Below are positions 48,831 through 62,085 of a DNA stretch of 64,000 nt, piece by piece. Numbering within the stretch: the stretch's first letter is position 1; each line of letters begins with the position of its first letter. Origin of the DNA: Callorhinchus milii (taxonomy: Eukaryota); the NCBI RefSeq assembly GCF_018977255.1, contig NW_024704742.1:121956001-122020000 (forward strand), given 5' to 3'. The position numbers were made by a program, and so were the translations under genes. Below the pieces are notes generated by a model. That model made no database searches and was not told the origin of the DNA. It saw only the letters and a list, made by a program, of their open reading frames with translations.

Positions 48831-51027
48831 ACAAAACAATACACCATCACCACCACCACCACCAACGACTTGCATTTATATAGCGTCTTCCATGCGAGTA
48901 ACATCTTGGAACGCTTAAATGTATTCATACATTTATATAGCACCTTTCACATTGTGGGGGATAACTCAAAGCACTTAACAATATTGATGACACCCTAGCT
49001 GGGTGTGGGCCAGGTAATAAAGCACTGTATATCTAGACACAGGTGGTATTTCATTCCAGGAAATTATTCTTGTTAGCTTTTTGATCCACTGTACCTAGAT
49101 GTCTATTAGTACTACAGCAAAGTCTCCCAAAAGGAAACCATAACTGAGAGAATGGGAAAACGTACTTTTGTTATCCTGTAACCAGAGCAATCTAATGAAT
49201 ATTCAATAGTCGCTTTTAATCCTCAGATCAAGGCATATAAAAGAACATGAATAAACCCATGCCTTTTGTACGCATATCTCTGTGTGACTAAAGCACGAGC
49301 TTTGATCTCCAAATGACTACTCCAAGCGAAAAAAATAATCCTACAAATCGGTGTTAGTGGGAAGCAGGTGGCCTCAGAATTTCCATTACAGAATATTGAA
49401 CTATTCTGTAGACTACAGCAGAAAGCAAGAGCATCTTTAATGCACGGTTTCCATTTGGGAAACTATTTAAAAATAGTAAGACTAAATAGAAACGAAATAC
49501 TTAGTCTCGCTATTTTTAAACAGAACAACAACTTGCATTTATATAGCGCCCTTCACGCCAGACAGCATGAAATTGATAGCAGCCTTAACTGATTAACACT
49601 CATTCCAGTTATGTGAAAAATGACTTTAAAATGCACTTGCTTAACCTACAAAACATAACGCACCAGAACTTTGAAGCCCATTTTCAATTAAAACAGCATG
49701 AGACCTTAGTTTTTCAGTGGAATAGGCTTTTACAATAATTGTGTGCCCAGCTATACATTTGAAGCTAAACGTTATTTTGCAGAAAGTTCTGTAACTGCTT
49801 CTTTAGTGAACAAACACACCGTGAGAAAGTCCTGGTACAGTGAAGGTGAAAAATGCGGTCTGAATATTATGAAAACATTGATCGCTGTGGTGCAAAACCA
49901 ACCGATAATGTTTGATGGTGGATGCAGATATGAATCCCCCCCCCTCATAGGAATTGAAAAAGTCAGATTTCATCAAATTATGCCATTTATATGGCAAGTG
50001 AGATTTGAGTGGATGTACCATCCATTCAGCTTGAGATGCAGTGTAGTTTGGTCCAGTTCATTTGTGGTGCTTGGGACAATAACCATTTATATAGCATCCT
50101 TCAGACAGTATGGGGTTTTGGAGTACTGCACAATGGCGGGTTTGGAATCGAGCAAGGGAGAGAGAGAAGAAAATGGGAGATGGCTAACAAATCTCCCAAA
50201 TAAGATTTGTCCCTCACTCCATGGCTGTTTGTGGGACAATTGCTGTGGGCAAAGTGACTGTCGAGTTTGCCCACAAAATACACAATCAATCCATTTTACA
50301 ATATATCCTGTGAAGCGCTTTGAAATGTCTCAATGTCGTGATAAGGCGCTATATGAAATGCAAGTATTACCATTATATTCCAGGCACAGTCTATAAATTT
50401 TAAGGAGGGATTTAAAGTTAGATAACAAAGGGATGAGGCAGAGGGAGGCAGGGAGCTCTAGAAATTAGGACTACTGACTGAAGACACAGCCACCGATAGT
50501 GACAGGCAGGCATTAGGGGATGCAAAGCAGGCCTGTGTCTACTGAGCAAAGGAGGTTGGCAGTGGAGTGGGATACAAGTACCTTGTGTCCTGTTCCATCC
50601 GTTGCTGCGGTTTGGGTATTTTTAGTTTGATGGTGCTGTTTGATTAAATGGTCCATTGTTTAGTTTGTACTGGGTAGAACAGTATTTGATTTGATTGTGC
50701 AGCCTGCAGTGTTGTTTAGTTTGATAATGCAGTTTGGAATGTTCTTTGGCTGCTTTGCTCTGATGTAGACAGCAGGGAATGTCAGTATAAGTGCCTTCAT
50801 ATCATCATGTCATCCTCACTTTATGAGTTGAATTGAAAATGGTGAAAGAGATCCGTAATAATGTATGGACCCCTGTGCCAACCCTTCTTGATCAAATGAT
50901 GGGCAAAATGCCTTTAGATTATCAAAACGGCCTGAAGGTTAAAGTACTGCAGTTTTGAATGTTTGCCTACAAAATATACAGTCACTAGAGCTTGCAATAA
51001 ATTCTATAAAACACTTTGAGACAATTT

Positions 51028-51410
51028 ATAATCCTTGCATTTGATATCACAACATCGAGACGTTCTCAAAACGGTTTACAGGATATATTGTGAAAAGGAT
51101 TGACCATGTAGTTTGTGGGCGAAATGCAACAGCCAGTTCTGCACATAACAAATGTCCCACAAACAACCATGGATTGAATGACCAATTTTATTTGGGGGAT
51201 TGTTGGCCAGGAGAAACTCCCTTCTCTTTTCGAATAGTGCCATGGAATCTTTAACGTCCACTGAATAGGCAGTGGATTAACGTCTTATCCAAAGGATAAT
51301 AACACAGACCCTTAGCACTGCCCTCGAGTGTCAGCTTAGACTATGTGATTCCAAGACCCAATGTGTGGCTTGAACTCACATCTTTCTCATTCAGAGGCAA
51401 AAGTGCTATC
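51028..51410 (-). mobile_element. DeuSINE (SacSINE1-like), near full length
   Basis: Tail, TTCGAATAGTGCCATGGAATCTTTAACGTCCAC core, CAGAGGCAAAAGTGCTA head. Confidence 0.85.
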
Positions 51411-52313
51411 CCTGGGGAAGACTGACACACAACTTGCATTTATATAGTTCCCTTCACACTGCCAGCATCTTGGAGCACTTAATATATTGAACTGGGAAGA
51501 GAGGGAGGTGGCCATTGACATGGTCAAAGAGAAAGGTCTCCAGAAACTAACTGAAAATGGGCAAGGAGGAGGCAAAGCAGAAGGATTGACATCTTCCCAA
51601 CATGAAGACACAATAACCAATGTAAGATTGATGATGATTATTATAATTATTACAGTAAACTCCTGATAACTTGTCAATCCATAGGAAAAGGGCTCAGTGA
51701 CGAATTAGCTAGGATTAAGCCAGGGTCAAGTTATCAAATTATTATTATTATTGTCTCCTTAATAATAATAATAATAAAATCCTCAGTTTATTTACTAAAT
51801 GACCAGAAGCTCTAACAAATTAAATGATATTTCATAGATGCTATTGAAAAATTAACTGCAGCCCATTCCATAGGAATGAGAATAAAATTAGATTTCTGCA
51901 GCATTGTGTGTAATTTGTTTCAATTACAGTACAACATCAGGTTTATGGTGAGATTTTTGATTGCATTTACAACATTTTTTGCATGGAATTATGAGTTGTT
52001 ATTAACTACTTAAAATTATAAGGAGAAATTTTCAATTGAATTAAACTTTCTAAGTCCGGTGTTGTCCTATATATTGTTATATTCAGCGCCTTGAGCCGTC
52101 CTCCTGATGTGAAAGGTTCTATACAAATGTAATTTTGTTGTTGTTGTCGTTATATTCATCTTAATCTCCTGAAATACAGCCCAGTATATCTAAATGCCAT
52201 ACAGTGTCTCAATTATCACAGTTACCATCATCATCGTCATCATGTGTTACTACTGCATCACCTCTGGTTTGACCTTAGAACAGGTGAAAAGCAGTCAGAA
52301 TGCCTCTATAGAC

Positions 52314-52442
52314 AATAATAATAACCCTTGCATTTGATATAGCATTTTTTCCATCTTCTAGACGTCTCAAGGCGTTTCATAGAATATACTGTAAAGTGAA
52401 TTGACTGTATATTTGTGGGCGAATCGCGGCAGCTAATTTGAC
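52314..52442 (-). mobile_element. SINE 3' fragment (TAGAA loop)
   Basis: Reverse tail and body. Confidence 0.9.
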
Positions 52443-53144
52443 AAACGTTATCAAAGAACCACTGAACACTCTTAGCAGTGAGTCCAGATAGGGAGGTGGG
52501 AGAAACATGATAGGTGAAGAATTCAGCTGGTTGTGATCTGTTCAATGTTAATGTCAGCCTGTCAGGGAGTTTGAGAACCAGGAGCATGAGATGAATAGAA
52601 GCAAGTTCTGATCCATTAATTGTTTTCTCCAAAAAAATAGAAATGTTAAATTTGCTACTGAAGATCACATTTCACAGCTGGGTTTCTGCTTCTGGTCTAG
52701 CTGTTAGTGAAATTGGTTGTTCTTGGGTAAAACACTATTTTTTGTGTTGGGAGTTCTTGCTTTGCTAATTCTGCTTTTTGTTTATTCTCGTTTCATATTT
52801 ATGAGATGAAGGGCGAAAAAGTTGACCTTTGTGCAGGATTAACTTCACTGTTAAAGCCATGCATTTTCCTGTCACAATCTTTGCATAATCCAAGCCACGA
52901 TCTTTGCACCAGCACGGTATGAATTATACGAAGATGAATGAGCCAAAAATATAGCTTTTGGGGAAGTCGTTTGATAATACCCGCATGGAGTAATCAGCGA
53001 TTTTCCAGATTAATATCTTTGACTCCCATAAATTATTTCAACAAAGATTTTTACTGTTATTAGTAAATGTCAATTGAATTCACATGAAATTGAAAAGCAT
53101 GGCTCATCTCTGAAGCTTTGCTAACTCGCTGCTTTCTCATTGTG

Positions 53145-53423
53145 GGGTGATTCCCGGCAGGGCGAAACGTCGGGCATTTTTCCTTACTCCACACTCCTCT
53201 GTTTACCTAGCAGTAAGTAAGAACCCGTCAATTGATGGATTGCTTTTCCAGGGGTAATGAATTCCTTCAAAAAAAAATAATTTGGTCACAATCCACGGCT
53301 GTTTATGGGACACTGCTGTGCGCAATTAGTTGCTGCGTTTTGTTCACAAAATATACAGTCAATTTACTTTACAGCATATTCTGTAAACCGCTTTGAGACA
53401 TCTCGAAGATGTGATAAGGTGCC
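53145..53423 (+). mobile_element. tRNA-derived SINE, long variant, lacking most of the head and the terminal tail
   Basis: GATTCCCGGCAGGGCGAAAC...GATGTGATAAGGTGC, then an abrupt switch to CR1 sequence. Confidence 0.9.
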
Positions 53424-55190
53424 TTTGAGGACAGATTGTAAGAGTTTTTACAAGTACATAAAAAGGACAAGACTATCAAAAGTGAATGTGGGTCTATTGC
53501 AGGCAGAAACAGGAGAAATTATAACGGGGAATAAAGAAATGGCAGTCATTGAACAAATATTTTGCCTCTGTTAGAGAACACTGAAAGCTTACTGAAAATA
53601 GAGGGGAACCTGGAGGCTAATGTTAGTGAGTAACTTAAAGAAATGAACATCAGTAAAGCAATAGTACTAGAGAAATTGATAGGATTAAAAAACGATAAAT
53701 CCCCTGGACCTGATGGCCTGCATCCTAAAAGAGGTGACTGCAGAGATAGTGGATGCTTTGTTTTTAATCTTCCAAAATTTCCTGGATTCTGGAATGGTTC
53801 CCAGTGATTGGAAGGTCGTAAATGTAATGCCGATATTTAAGAAGGGTGGGAGACAAAAAATGGGGAACCATGGACCAGTTAGTCTGACATCGGTGGTAGG
53901 GGGACTTCGTCGTGGGGTACTTAGAAAATCATGACACGATTAGGCAGAGTCAACATGGCTTTACGAAAAGGAAATCATGTTTAACAAATCTTTTAGAGTT
54001 TTTTGAGGATGTAACTAGCAGGTTAGATGGGGGGAACCAATAGATGTGGTGTATTTGGATTTCCAGAAGGCAGTCACATAAAAGGCTGTTGCATAAGATT
54101 AGAGCCCATGGAATTAGAGGTAATATATTAGCATGGATTGGAGAGTGGCTAACAGGAAGAAAACAGAGAGTAGGGATAAACGGGTCCTTCTCAGATTGGC
54201 AGGATATGATTAGTGGAGTGCCACAAGGATCAGTGCTTGGGCCTCAATTATTTACAGTCTATATCAATGATTTAGATGAGGAAATAGAACTTAACATAGG
54301 TGGGAGAGTAAACTGTGAGGATGCCAAATGAAGAATGCAAAGGGAAATAGACAGGCTAGGTGAGTGGGCAAGAAGGTGGCAGATAGAGTATAACATGGGG
54401 AAGTGTGAAGTTATTCACCTAGGTAGTAAAAATAGAAAAGCAGGTTATTTTCTAGAGGGGGGAGAGACTAGGTAGTGTTAGTGTTCAGAGGGATTTGGGT
54501 GTCCTTGTACACCAGCCACAAAGAGTTAGTATGCAGGTACAGCAAGCAATTAGGAAAGCTAATGCCACGTTGGCATTGGTTGCAGAAGGGTTAGAGTACA
54601 AGAGTAGGGAAGTTTTGCTGCCGTTGTATAAAGTCTTGGTGAGACTGCACCCAGAATATTGTGTGCAGTTTTGGTCTCCTTATTTAAGAAAGAAAGGACA
54701 TATTTGCCTTAGAGGGGGCGCAGCATAGATTCACTAGGTTAGTACCTGGGGTGAGGGGGTTGACCTGTGAGGACAGGTTGAATAAACTAGGCCTATATTC
54801 TCTAGAATATAGAAGAATTACAGGTCTTATAGAAACCTATAAGATTCTTAAGGGTCTTGACAGGGTAGATGCTGTGAGACTGTTTCCCCTGGTTGGAGAA
54901 TCTAAAACTGGGGTTATATTCTCAAGATTAAGGGTCAACCTTTTCTAACTGAGTTGAGGAAACATTTCGTCACTCAGAGGGTAGTGAATTTGTGGAATTC
55001 TCTACCCCAGAAGGCTGTGGATGCTAAGACTGAGCTTGATAGATTTCTAAAGAATAGAGGGATTAAGGGATATGGGGATAGGGCAAGTAAATGGAATTAG
55101 GTTAGAAGATCAGCCATGATCTTATTAAATGGCGGGGCAGGCTCGAGGGGCCGAATGGCCTACTCCTGCTCCTACATCTTATGGTCTTAT
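53424..55190 (+). mobile_element. CR1-clade LINE, 5'-truncated ORF2 (RT) plus 3' UTR, pseudogenized
   Basis: [89 protein letters not shown]; the FADD segment is deleted at about 54290; tail TCTTATGGTCTTAT. Confidence 0.96.
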
Positions 55191-55941
55191 ATTACTGACT
55201 GTTTGATAGTAAAAAATTTGAAATATTATGAAATACAAATAGCACATGTATTAATTATAGTGAAGTCAAAGCACTTATTTAGTTTGGGATTCATAGCATT
55301 CATTGTTAGTTACCACATTACTACTCTATTTATGTATGTGAGTCACCAGTGGGTAGACAATCCATAGTTATTTGATGCTCCCGAGCTTGAAGAAATGAAG
55401 CTCAGGGGAAGGACACAAGACAGTTTGCAATACATTTGTTCATCTCTCTGATCCTGCAGCCGCTGTTGATCTTTGTTTAATGTGGGGATCAATCTTTTGC
55501 CATGTTTATCAGCTCTTTACCCTTCCTCTTTATCTTTCAAGTCAGCTGTGAGCAATGTAATGTCTATTGCAGTCAGTCCAGGTTCAGTATTACAGAATCA
55601 TAGAAAGTCTGGTGAGCGTGCTGTTCATTTAGTTCCCTGCATTGAATTGTGATTGACATAGTTCGGGATTCAATCATTCGTTGCTCTTAATAAAAGTTTA
55701 GTAAGCACCTTACCATAAATTAAGGAGAATTGCAATATCTATCACAATGCTCCTTGTTAACTTATGGAAAGGTGGCAAGAAGGAAATATTGCAAAGAAGT
55801 CTTAACTCATAATTTCTATTCAGCTATTCATATTTAGATCAAGGATTTATTTAAATGTGCAACAGTGTAACTTTATTAAAAATACGTTTGAATCCACTTT
55901 CATTTGGTCAAGAGCTGGATTAGCAGTTCTACCACTGATAT

Positions 55942-55957
55942 CCATTAGAGGGCGCTG
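55942..55957 (+). promoter_or_regulatory. CTCF-like motif CCATTAGAGGGCGCTG
   Basis: One deviation from the CCASYAGRKGGCRS core; retains a CpG in CpG-poor unique DNA. Confidence 0.45.
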
Positions 55958-56130
55958 CAGGCACAAATACTGAATCTGCTTCATTGAGCAAATAAATTGA
56001 AGGGTTTTATTTGTAGCTGAAATATTTATACTTATCTGATGGAATATTATTAAGGGATATTAAGAACCAGGGAAGGTTGAACAAATGTTATTAATTTTTG
56101 AAATTATCTATATTAACGTATGATAATCCT

Positions 56131-56400
56131 AATAGCAATCCTTGCATTTGATATAGACTGTATGATATATAAATAGTGTATACATAGTATCAGAGTATAT
56201 CTATCGCATAATCTATATCAAATGCAATGATTATTATTAGTATATGATATTTGATATCAGATGTCTCAAAGCACTTCACAGGATATAATGTAAAGTGATG
56301 CAACTCTGTGATTTGTGGGTGAACATGACAGCCAATTTGCACACAGCAAAGTCCCACAAACAGCCATGGAATGAGTGACCAGCTCTATTTGGTGGATTAG
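56131..56400 (-). mobile_element. SINE 3' fragment with a fold-back duplicated tail
   Basis: Tail at 56131-56160 recurs inverted at 56209-56238; body continues at 56250-56400. Confidence 0.82.
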
Positions 56401-56579
56401 GTAAACATTCTCATTGCTCATTGAAATATATTTGAACTGGATTGGTGCCTAAGTTTTTTTTATAAAGGAAGAAACCTATGGGTTTCCATCAATAGAACAT
56501 TAATAAATATTGTAATTATTTGCTGACAATTACTTGTACAGTTAAAAGACACTTTCCTTTGTATTGGTATTGAAGTGAT

Positions 56580-56790
56580 AATGATAAACATTCCTGGTAT
56601 TTGGTTTAGCATCTTTCATGTCTAGAGGGCATCTCAAATGCTTCACAGAATAAACTGTAAAGTGTAGTGACTGTGTTTTGGAGGCAAACCAGCAGCCTAT
56701 TTGTGCGCAAGAATGTCCCACAAATTACCATGACGTGAATGACCAATTTTATTTGGGAGGTTGTTGGCCCGGACACCAGGAGATACCCAC
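56580..56790 (-). mobile_element. DeuSINE 3' half
   Basis: Reverse tail and TGTTGGCCCGGACACCAGGAGA core end. Confidence 0.8.
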
Positions 56791-57494
56791 TTCTCAGCCA
56801 GGGTTTTTAAACTCCCAATTGCTATCCATTGGCTCCTGCTAGAAAGTATATGTTTGTGGATATTCAACAAGACCAGGATCAGACTGTAGCTGGTTGTAGT
56901 GCCCCTGGTGGGTGTATAGGCTGCTGATACCCACTGTCTCGGGTTACACCTGAAGCATAACCATGCAAGCAAGGCATCAGAGGACTGTTAACAGTAACCC
57001 CCGTCTGGAGGAAAATTAGCTCTGCTCCAACCAGAGGTTCCTCAGCATTGCTTTCTGTGCACATAGGATTTCAACTGTCTTATCTTTTGTTGTTACTAAC
57101 TCACTTAATGCTAGCCATTTAGAGATAGGAAAGTCGCCAGTGTAAATAAAGAATGTATTATCTACATTGTTAAATCAATTCACTCCATGCTAAATAGCAG
57201 GGCATTTCTGCTCAAAGTACATAAAACAGAAAAACAAGCCCTCTGCTGGTGGTTCTAAGCACATTGTGCTTGAAGAAACATTTTTTTNCAATGTCGGTCA
57301 GGAAAAACAAAATATTACGGTAAAAAGATTGAACAGAGAATTGTTATATACTTGTTGGCTAGATTTGATAACTTTTAAAAGTTACAGTCAAAGCACTTCA
57401 CGGGATATTCTGTAAAGTGGAGTGATTGTGTGTTTTGTGGACAAACAAAGATGTCACATGAACTGCAATGCAGATAAAGGCCCCTGCATTTCTA

Positions 57495-57646
57495 TAGGGA
57501 ATTGGATAGGTACTTCAAAAGGAAACATTTGCAGGGCTGTGGGGTAAGAGTGGGGGAGTGGGACTAGTTGGAAAGCTCTTTCAAAGAGCCGTCACAGACA
57601 CAATGGGCCGAATGGCCTCCTTCTGTGCTGTAAGATTCTATGATTC
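57495..57646 (+). mobile_element. CR1-clade 3' end
   Basis: GGGGAGTGGGACTAG...AATGGGCCGAATGGCCTCCTTCTGTGCTG...ATTCTATGATTC. Confidence 0.9.
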
Positions 57647-57934
57647 GAGTGAGGATGGAACATACTACAGGGTAATGAAGAGATATATGGGTGTTACTTG
57701 ACTCATCACTCACCATGTCCAACCAATGTGAAGCAGCAAAGCACAAAGGCAAGTGGGATACTGGCTATATTGCCATCGCAGTTGTATTCAGGTTCCCACA
57801 GGTGCATATAATGAATTGATTAGTCTGGATCTGGAGAACTCTATAAAATTCTACACACTTGCATTTACCTAGCTAGGTTTCATGAGGGGTAGGGCCTTGG
57901 ATTGCTTAACAGTGGCAGCGCCCGGCGCCGTCAA

Positions 57935-58242
57935 TATAATAATAATCCTTCCATTTGATATAGCGCCTTATTATGTCTTCAAGATATCTCAAAGAGCTTC
58001 ACAGAATATACTGTAATGTGAATTGACTATGTATTTTGTGTGTGAAAGTAGCAGCCAATTGCACACAGCAATGTCCCACAAACAGTCGTGGATTGAGTGA
58101 ACAAATTATTTATTTTTTGAAGGAATTATTATCCCCGGAAAAGCGATCTGCCAATTGACAAACAATCGGGTTCCTACTTACTGCTAGGTAAACAGTGGCG
58201 TGCAGAGTAAGGAAACTTGCCCAACATTTTGCCCTGCTGGGA
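57935..58242 (-). mobile_element. tRNA-derived SINE, long variant, head missing
   Basis: Reverse tail, body and internal segment. Confidence 0.93.
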
Positions 58243-58702
58243 AACTATACTATGAAAAGTACTTACTTTAAACATTGTGCTATAAAGGTACTGTTTTTTT
58301 TCTTTCATTGTGGACAATGTTGAAGTTCTGCCCGGCTTCTGGTTTGTTATTTCTTTTATATAGATCCAAATTATGCATTGGAATACCTTCAGTAAGCCGG
58401 GGTCCTGGGCACTGCTTTGTGTTCAAATCCATTCACTCCTTGGCACCTCCCTACTTCTCCGACCTCCTCACTCCCCAATCCACCACCTGACGCCTCCGCT
58501 CGACTGGCACCAGCTTCCTCTTCTTCCCTCGCACTTTTATAGATTTTACATTTATTTTGGTTAAATATTTCTATGTATTTTGTATGTTATTCCTCCCCTT
58601 CCCCTTTCTTTGCTTTAAGTTGCCTGGCCTGTGTTTCACATCATTCATGCAGTGAGGGATGGTGCACCTGAATGACCTGCTCTCAGGTTTCTGCACCCAA
58701 TT

Positions 58703-58772
58703 GAACCACTAGATGATGATCACGATAATAATAATAATAATAATAATAATAATTCTTAGGAACCACTAGATG
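58703..58772. repeat. (AAT)n tract flanked by the 13-bp direct repeat GAACCACTAGATG
   Basis: Copies at 58703-58715 and 58760-58772. Confidence 0.9.
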
Positions 58773-60084
58773 GTGTCCAAGAGCAACATCTGGGATACTC
58801 ACTCAACCTCTGGTAAAGCACTTGAATTGGTTTCTGTGCCTTGTGCCCGATTCAATGCCAGAGATCAGTAACTCACACCCAGAGAATAATTACAGCCACG
58901 CAGCAGTGACTTAGAACTGATACTTTCTGTCTCAAAATCATTCATTGCTATTGCAGTATTCGATTTACTGATGGTCCCAAGTTCTTATTCAGTGAGCCAC
59001 AGAAATGACAGCTTCTGAATCAATGCAGCAGATCTAAAACTGACACAGTAGTTGTACTGTTTTTCATTCCATCTGCAATTAGCAAACCAGTGGGGAAAAC
59101 CAACAGCGAGGAAGGATTTAACAATCTCCGCTTTAAGTTGTATTTTTGTGATGAATGATTGTGCGGCAGCTCAAATCGAAAACAAAAGCCTGAATTGTGA
59201 ATGGAAGAAATAGAACACAAGAAAATCTGATCGTGCACAAGAGCCTGGGTTGCTCAAAGACTTGCTATGTTAGGAGCTGTGTCATCTTTAATCATGTCTT
59301 AGCCCTGAATACACCAGAGGAAACGGCATATTTGGTTATGTGTTGTTTTTCTTCATTCCCTTGCAGCAGGTGGTAGGAGAGGAGGGCAATCCAGTTTTTC
59401 TCATCTGAAAACCCATCAGGAACCTGTGGGTAAAAACCTGTCAAATTTGCTTATTCAGCTGAGACATGATCTGACTCTACCTGAATTTGCTTGTATTTTA
59501 TCAACCAATCGTAGGCAGCACATTTCTTGTAGTTAATTGCTTGATGAGGAAATCTAACTGATTGTCTTGCATGCTCCATCACTATGACTGATATTTTAGC
59601 AATTACTTCTCAAATGGTACCTTATGTAGCATTGTCTTATTGCAAAACAGGTGTTATGCTAGCAGAAGGGACTTGAGAGCAGGGACACTCTACAGAAGGA
59701 TGCATTTTTTCAGCTGTCAGACTGGAAAGTTAACAGCAGTGAAACTCAATGCTAACATTTTAACAGTCGCAATTAGTAAAATCAAATGCAATTGATACCA
59801 CAGAGAGAATGCGTGGAATACTAGATTAATTTAATTACATTCTATCAAGTTGCAGGGATAATATTGCTCTTGGGAAGCCCTTTGGGTGATACATTAAACC
59901 AAGGTCATATCTGCCTGTTCAGGTGGACATTAAAGATCCCTCAGTATTAATCGAAAAGAAACGGGAGTTTCTCCCGGTATCCTGGCCAACCACCTCCAGA
60001 TAACATTTTCCATGGGAAGCGGATATTGACAGCACGGTGAGTTAAGTGGTAGTGACAAGTTCAGCCAGGGTCGTGTAATCAGGA

Positions 60085-60350
60085 GACCAGCATTGGCGGT
60101 CAGGCATTCAGCATCTCTGCCCCCACACTGTGGAATTCTATCCCGCAATCCCTCACTCTGTCTCTTGCCTTTTTCAAGTCTCGTTTAAAGATGTTCCTCT
60201 TTGTGCCTTCGGGCACCCTCCCACCCCCCCATGCCCTCCACCCCTCCTGACCCCAACCCCCAGCTCAGGTCCAAAACCCCTGTTCAGCGCTCTGGGATGT
60301 CTTTCCGATGTGAAGGGCGCTATTACAAGTGTAATGTGTTGTTATTGTTG
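60085..60350 (+). mobile_element. L2 3' fragment
   Basis: GGCATTCAGCATCTCTGCCCCCACACTGTGGAATTC; tail followed by (TTG)n. Confidence 0.87.
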
Positions 60351-61689
60351 TTTACTGTATTTGGAGCACAGGGCTGTGTCTGAATGAAGTTTCAGTGATG
60401 TGCAGAGCGCACACATCCTACCTCCAGGATCTCGAATTATACTACTGCTGGCACTTGGTAATTCAAAGACCGCAGCGCAATTGTGGCACAGCATGCTAAA
60501 CTGCATGAGGGATTTTATATAAATGCAAGTTGTTATTATTTTAAAGCCCAATACATTGCAGGCAATTCTTGACTGGGGGCAGGTTCAAGGTAGGGAGGGA
60601 AGGGGTTGACCGACCAGCCATAATTAATAAATAAACTGTTGGTATTTTACTTTGCATTCAATGTTGTTACTATCGCATGGAGTGCATTATGATCCAATCC
60701 AATTTTCACTACACTGTATATAACCACTGAGGTAGGCAGCCAAATGGGATATTCACAAACAAATTTGCAAATAGTGACTCAAAAATCTGAACCTGGGACT
60801 CCTGACATAACCAGAGCCATTGCATGGGAACTGTGCACGTCTCGAAACACCATTTAGACCTCAATATCAATAGTCAAGACTTACTTCCCCCACACTGTCC
60901 ATTGACCAAGTTAATAACTAGTGATACTGCTATGCTTCCTCCAGCTCTGCTCATTTCTTGACATTGAGGTTGTATGAGAAGAATGGTGTTGCTAGAAGAG
61001 TCAGCCTCATCAGAATCAAACCTCTCTGATTGCTGCAGCTTCCCCTGATACTTTTAGTCTCTATATCACAGCCACTGTGGCAATGTATGACATTACCACT
61101 GGTGTTGAGTCTGACAGGATCTCATTTGTCAACATCCCCAGGTATATCTTATCAGGTCATTAAATTTGCCTCTTGTCTTATCCATTAAAGACCTTCCTGA
61201 GCCAGACACAGGAAAGAATGGAAGGGTGCAAAGAATGGAAAATGCAGTCGTTCAGCTTCAGAAGCACTCGTGTTACTGCTCAGTCTTGCAGCCGATTCCG
61301 ATGACTGAAGTACACATGACTTGAGTCAGTCTGTTCGTAGAAAGCATTTCCTCCTTTCCTATAGTTTCTACTGTAATTTTCTTGAGTTTATTGTTAAACT
61401 CAAAAGACGTATAAATCTGAAATTATTTGTCAAACTTGTTTCTTAGCCACCGACCAACTTAAGGCCTGAATGGTTCCTTAAACTGTAAGAGTGCAGAATT
61501 TGGGAAAATTATTAAATTAAGCCTTTTCAATCAATGTGGAAAGCCAACTTCCAAGTTAAGATTGAATATAACTTTTTTTCTAATTCTACACAACCTTTTA
61601 AGAAAAGGGTCTTAAGGCTAAGACCATCAGAAGTTTGTAATTGTTACAAACTTTAAAACTGAAGGACATTTTTATAATAAGACATTTTT

Positions 61690-62085
61690 ATTTTCTAATA
61701 ATCTTTGCATTTGGTATGGAGGCTTATCACGTCATTGGAATGTCTCAAAAGTATTGCAGGATTTACTGTAAGTGAAATGAGTGAATATTTTGTAAACATG
61801 ACAGACAATTTACACACTAAGTCATCATCTGAAACTGAAGTGAATCATCAGTTTTTTTATATATCTGCGAGAATGTTGATCAGGACACAGTGGGGAAACT
61901 TCCTTCTACTGTCAAGAAGACCACCTGAACAGGCAGATAGGAACTCTGACAATGCAGCACTTCTCCAGCACTTATTGCAGTGCCAGCCTAGACCCTGATC
62001 TCAAAGTCCCAAAATGTGACTTCAAACCACAACTTTCTAACTCAGAGGCAAGAATGTTGAGCAAGCTAACAACTGAGCTGTGCTA
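61690..62085 (-). mobile_element. Old DeuSINE, degenerate
   Basis: Reverse tail; CCACCTGAACAGGCAGAT and CTCAGAGGCAAGAATG motifs. Confidence 0.7.

Noticed and set aside
49743..50396. 217-aa ORF as a gene
   Set aside because: No recognisable domain; the 3' third is SINE sequence; non-ATG start.
10135..57288. Single N bases at 10135, 24850, 37918 and 57288
   Set aside because: All lie at the ends of homopolymer runs: sequencing ambiguity, not biology.
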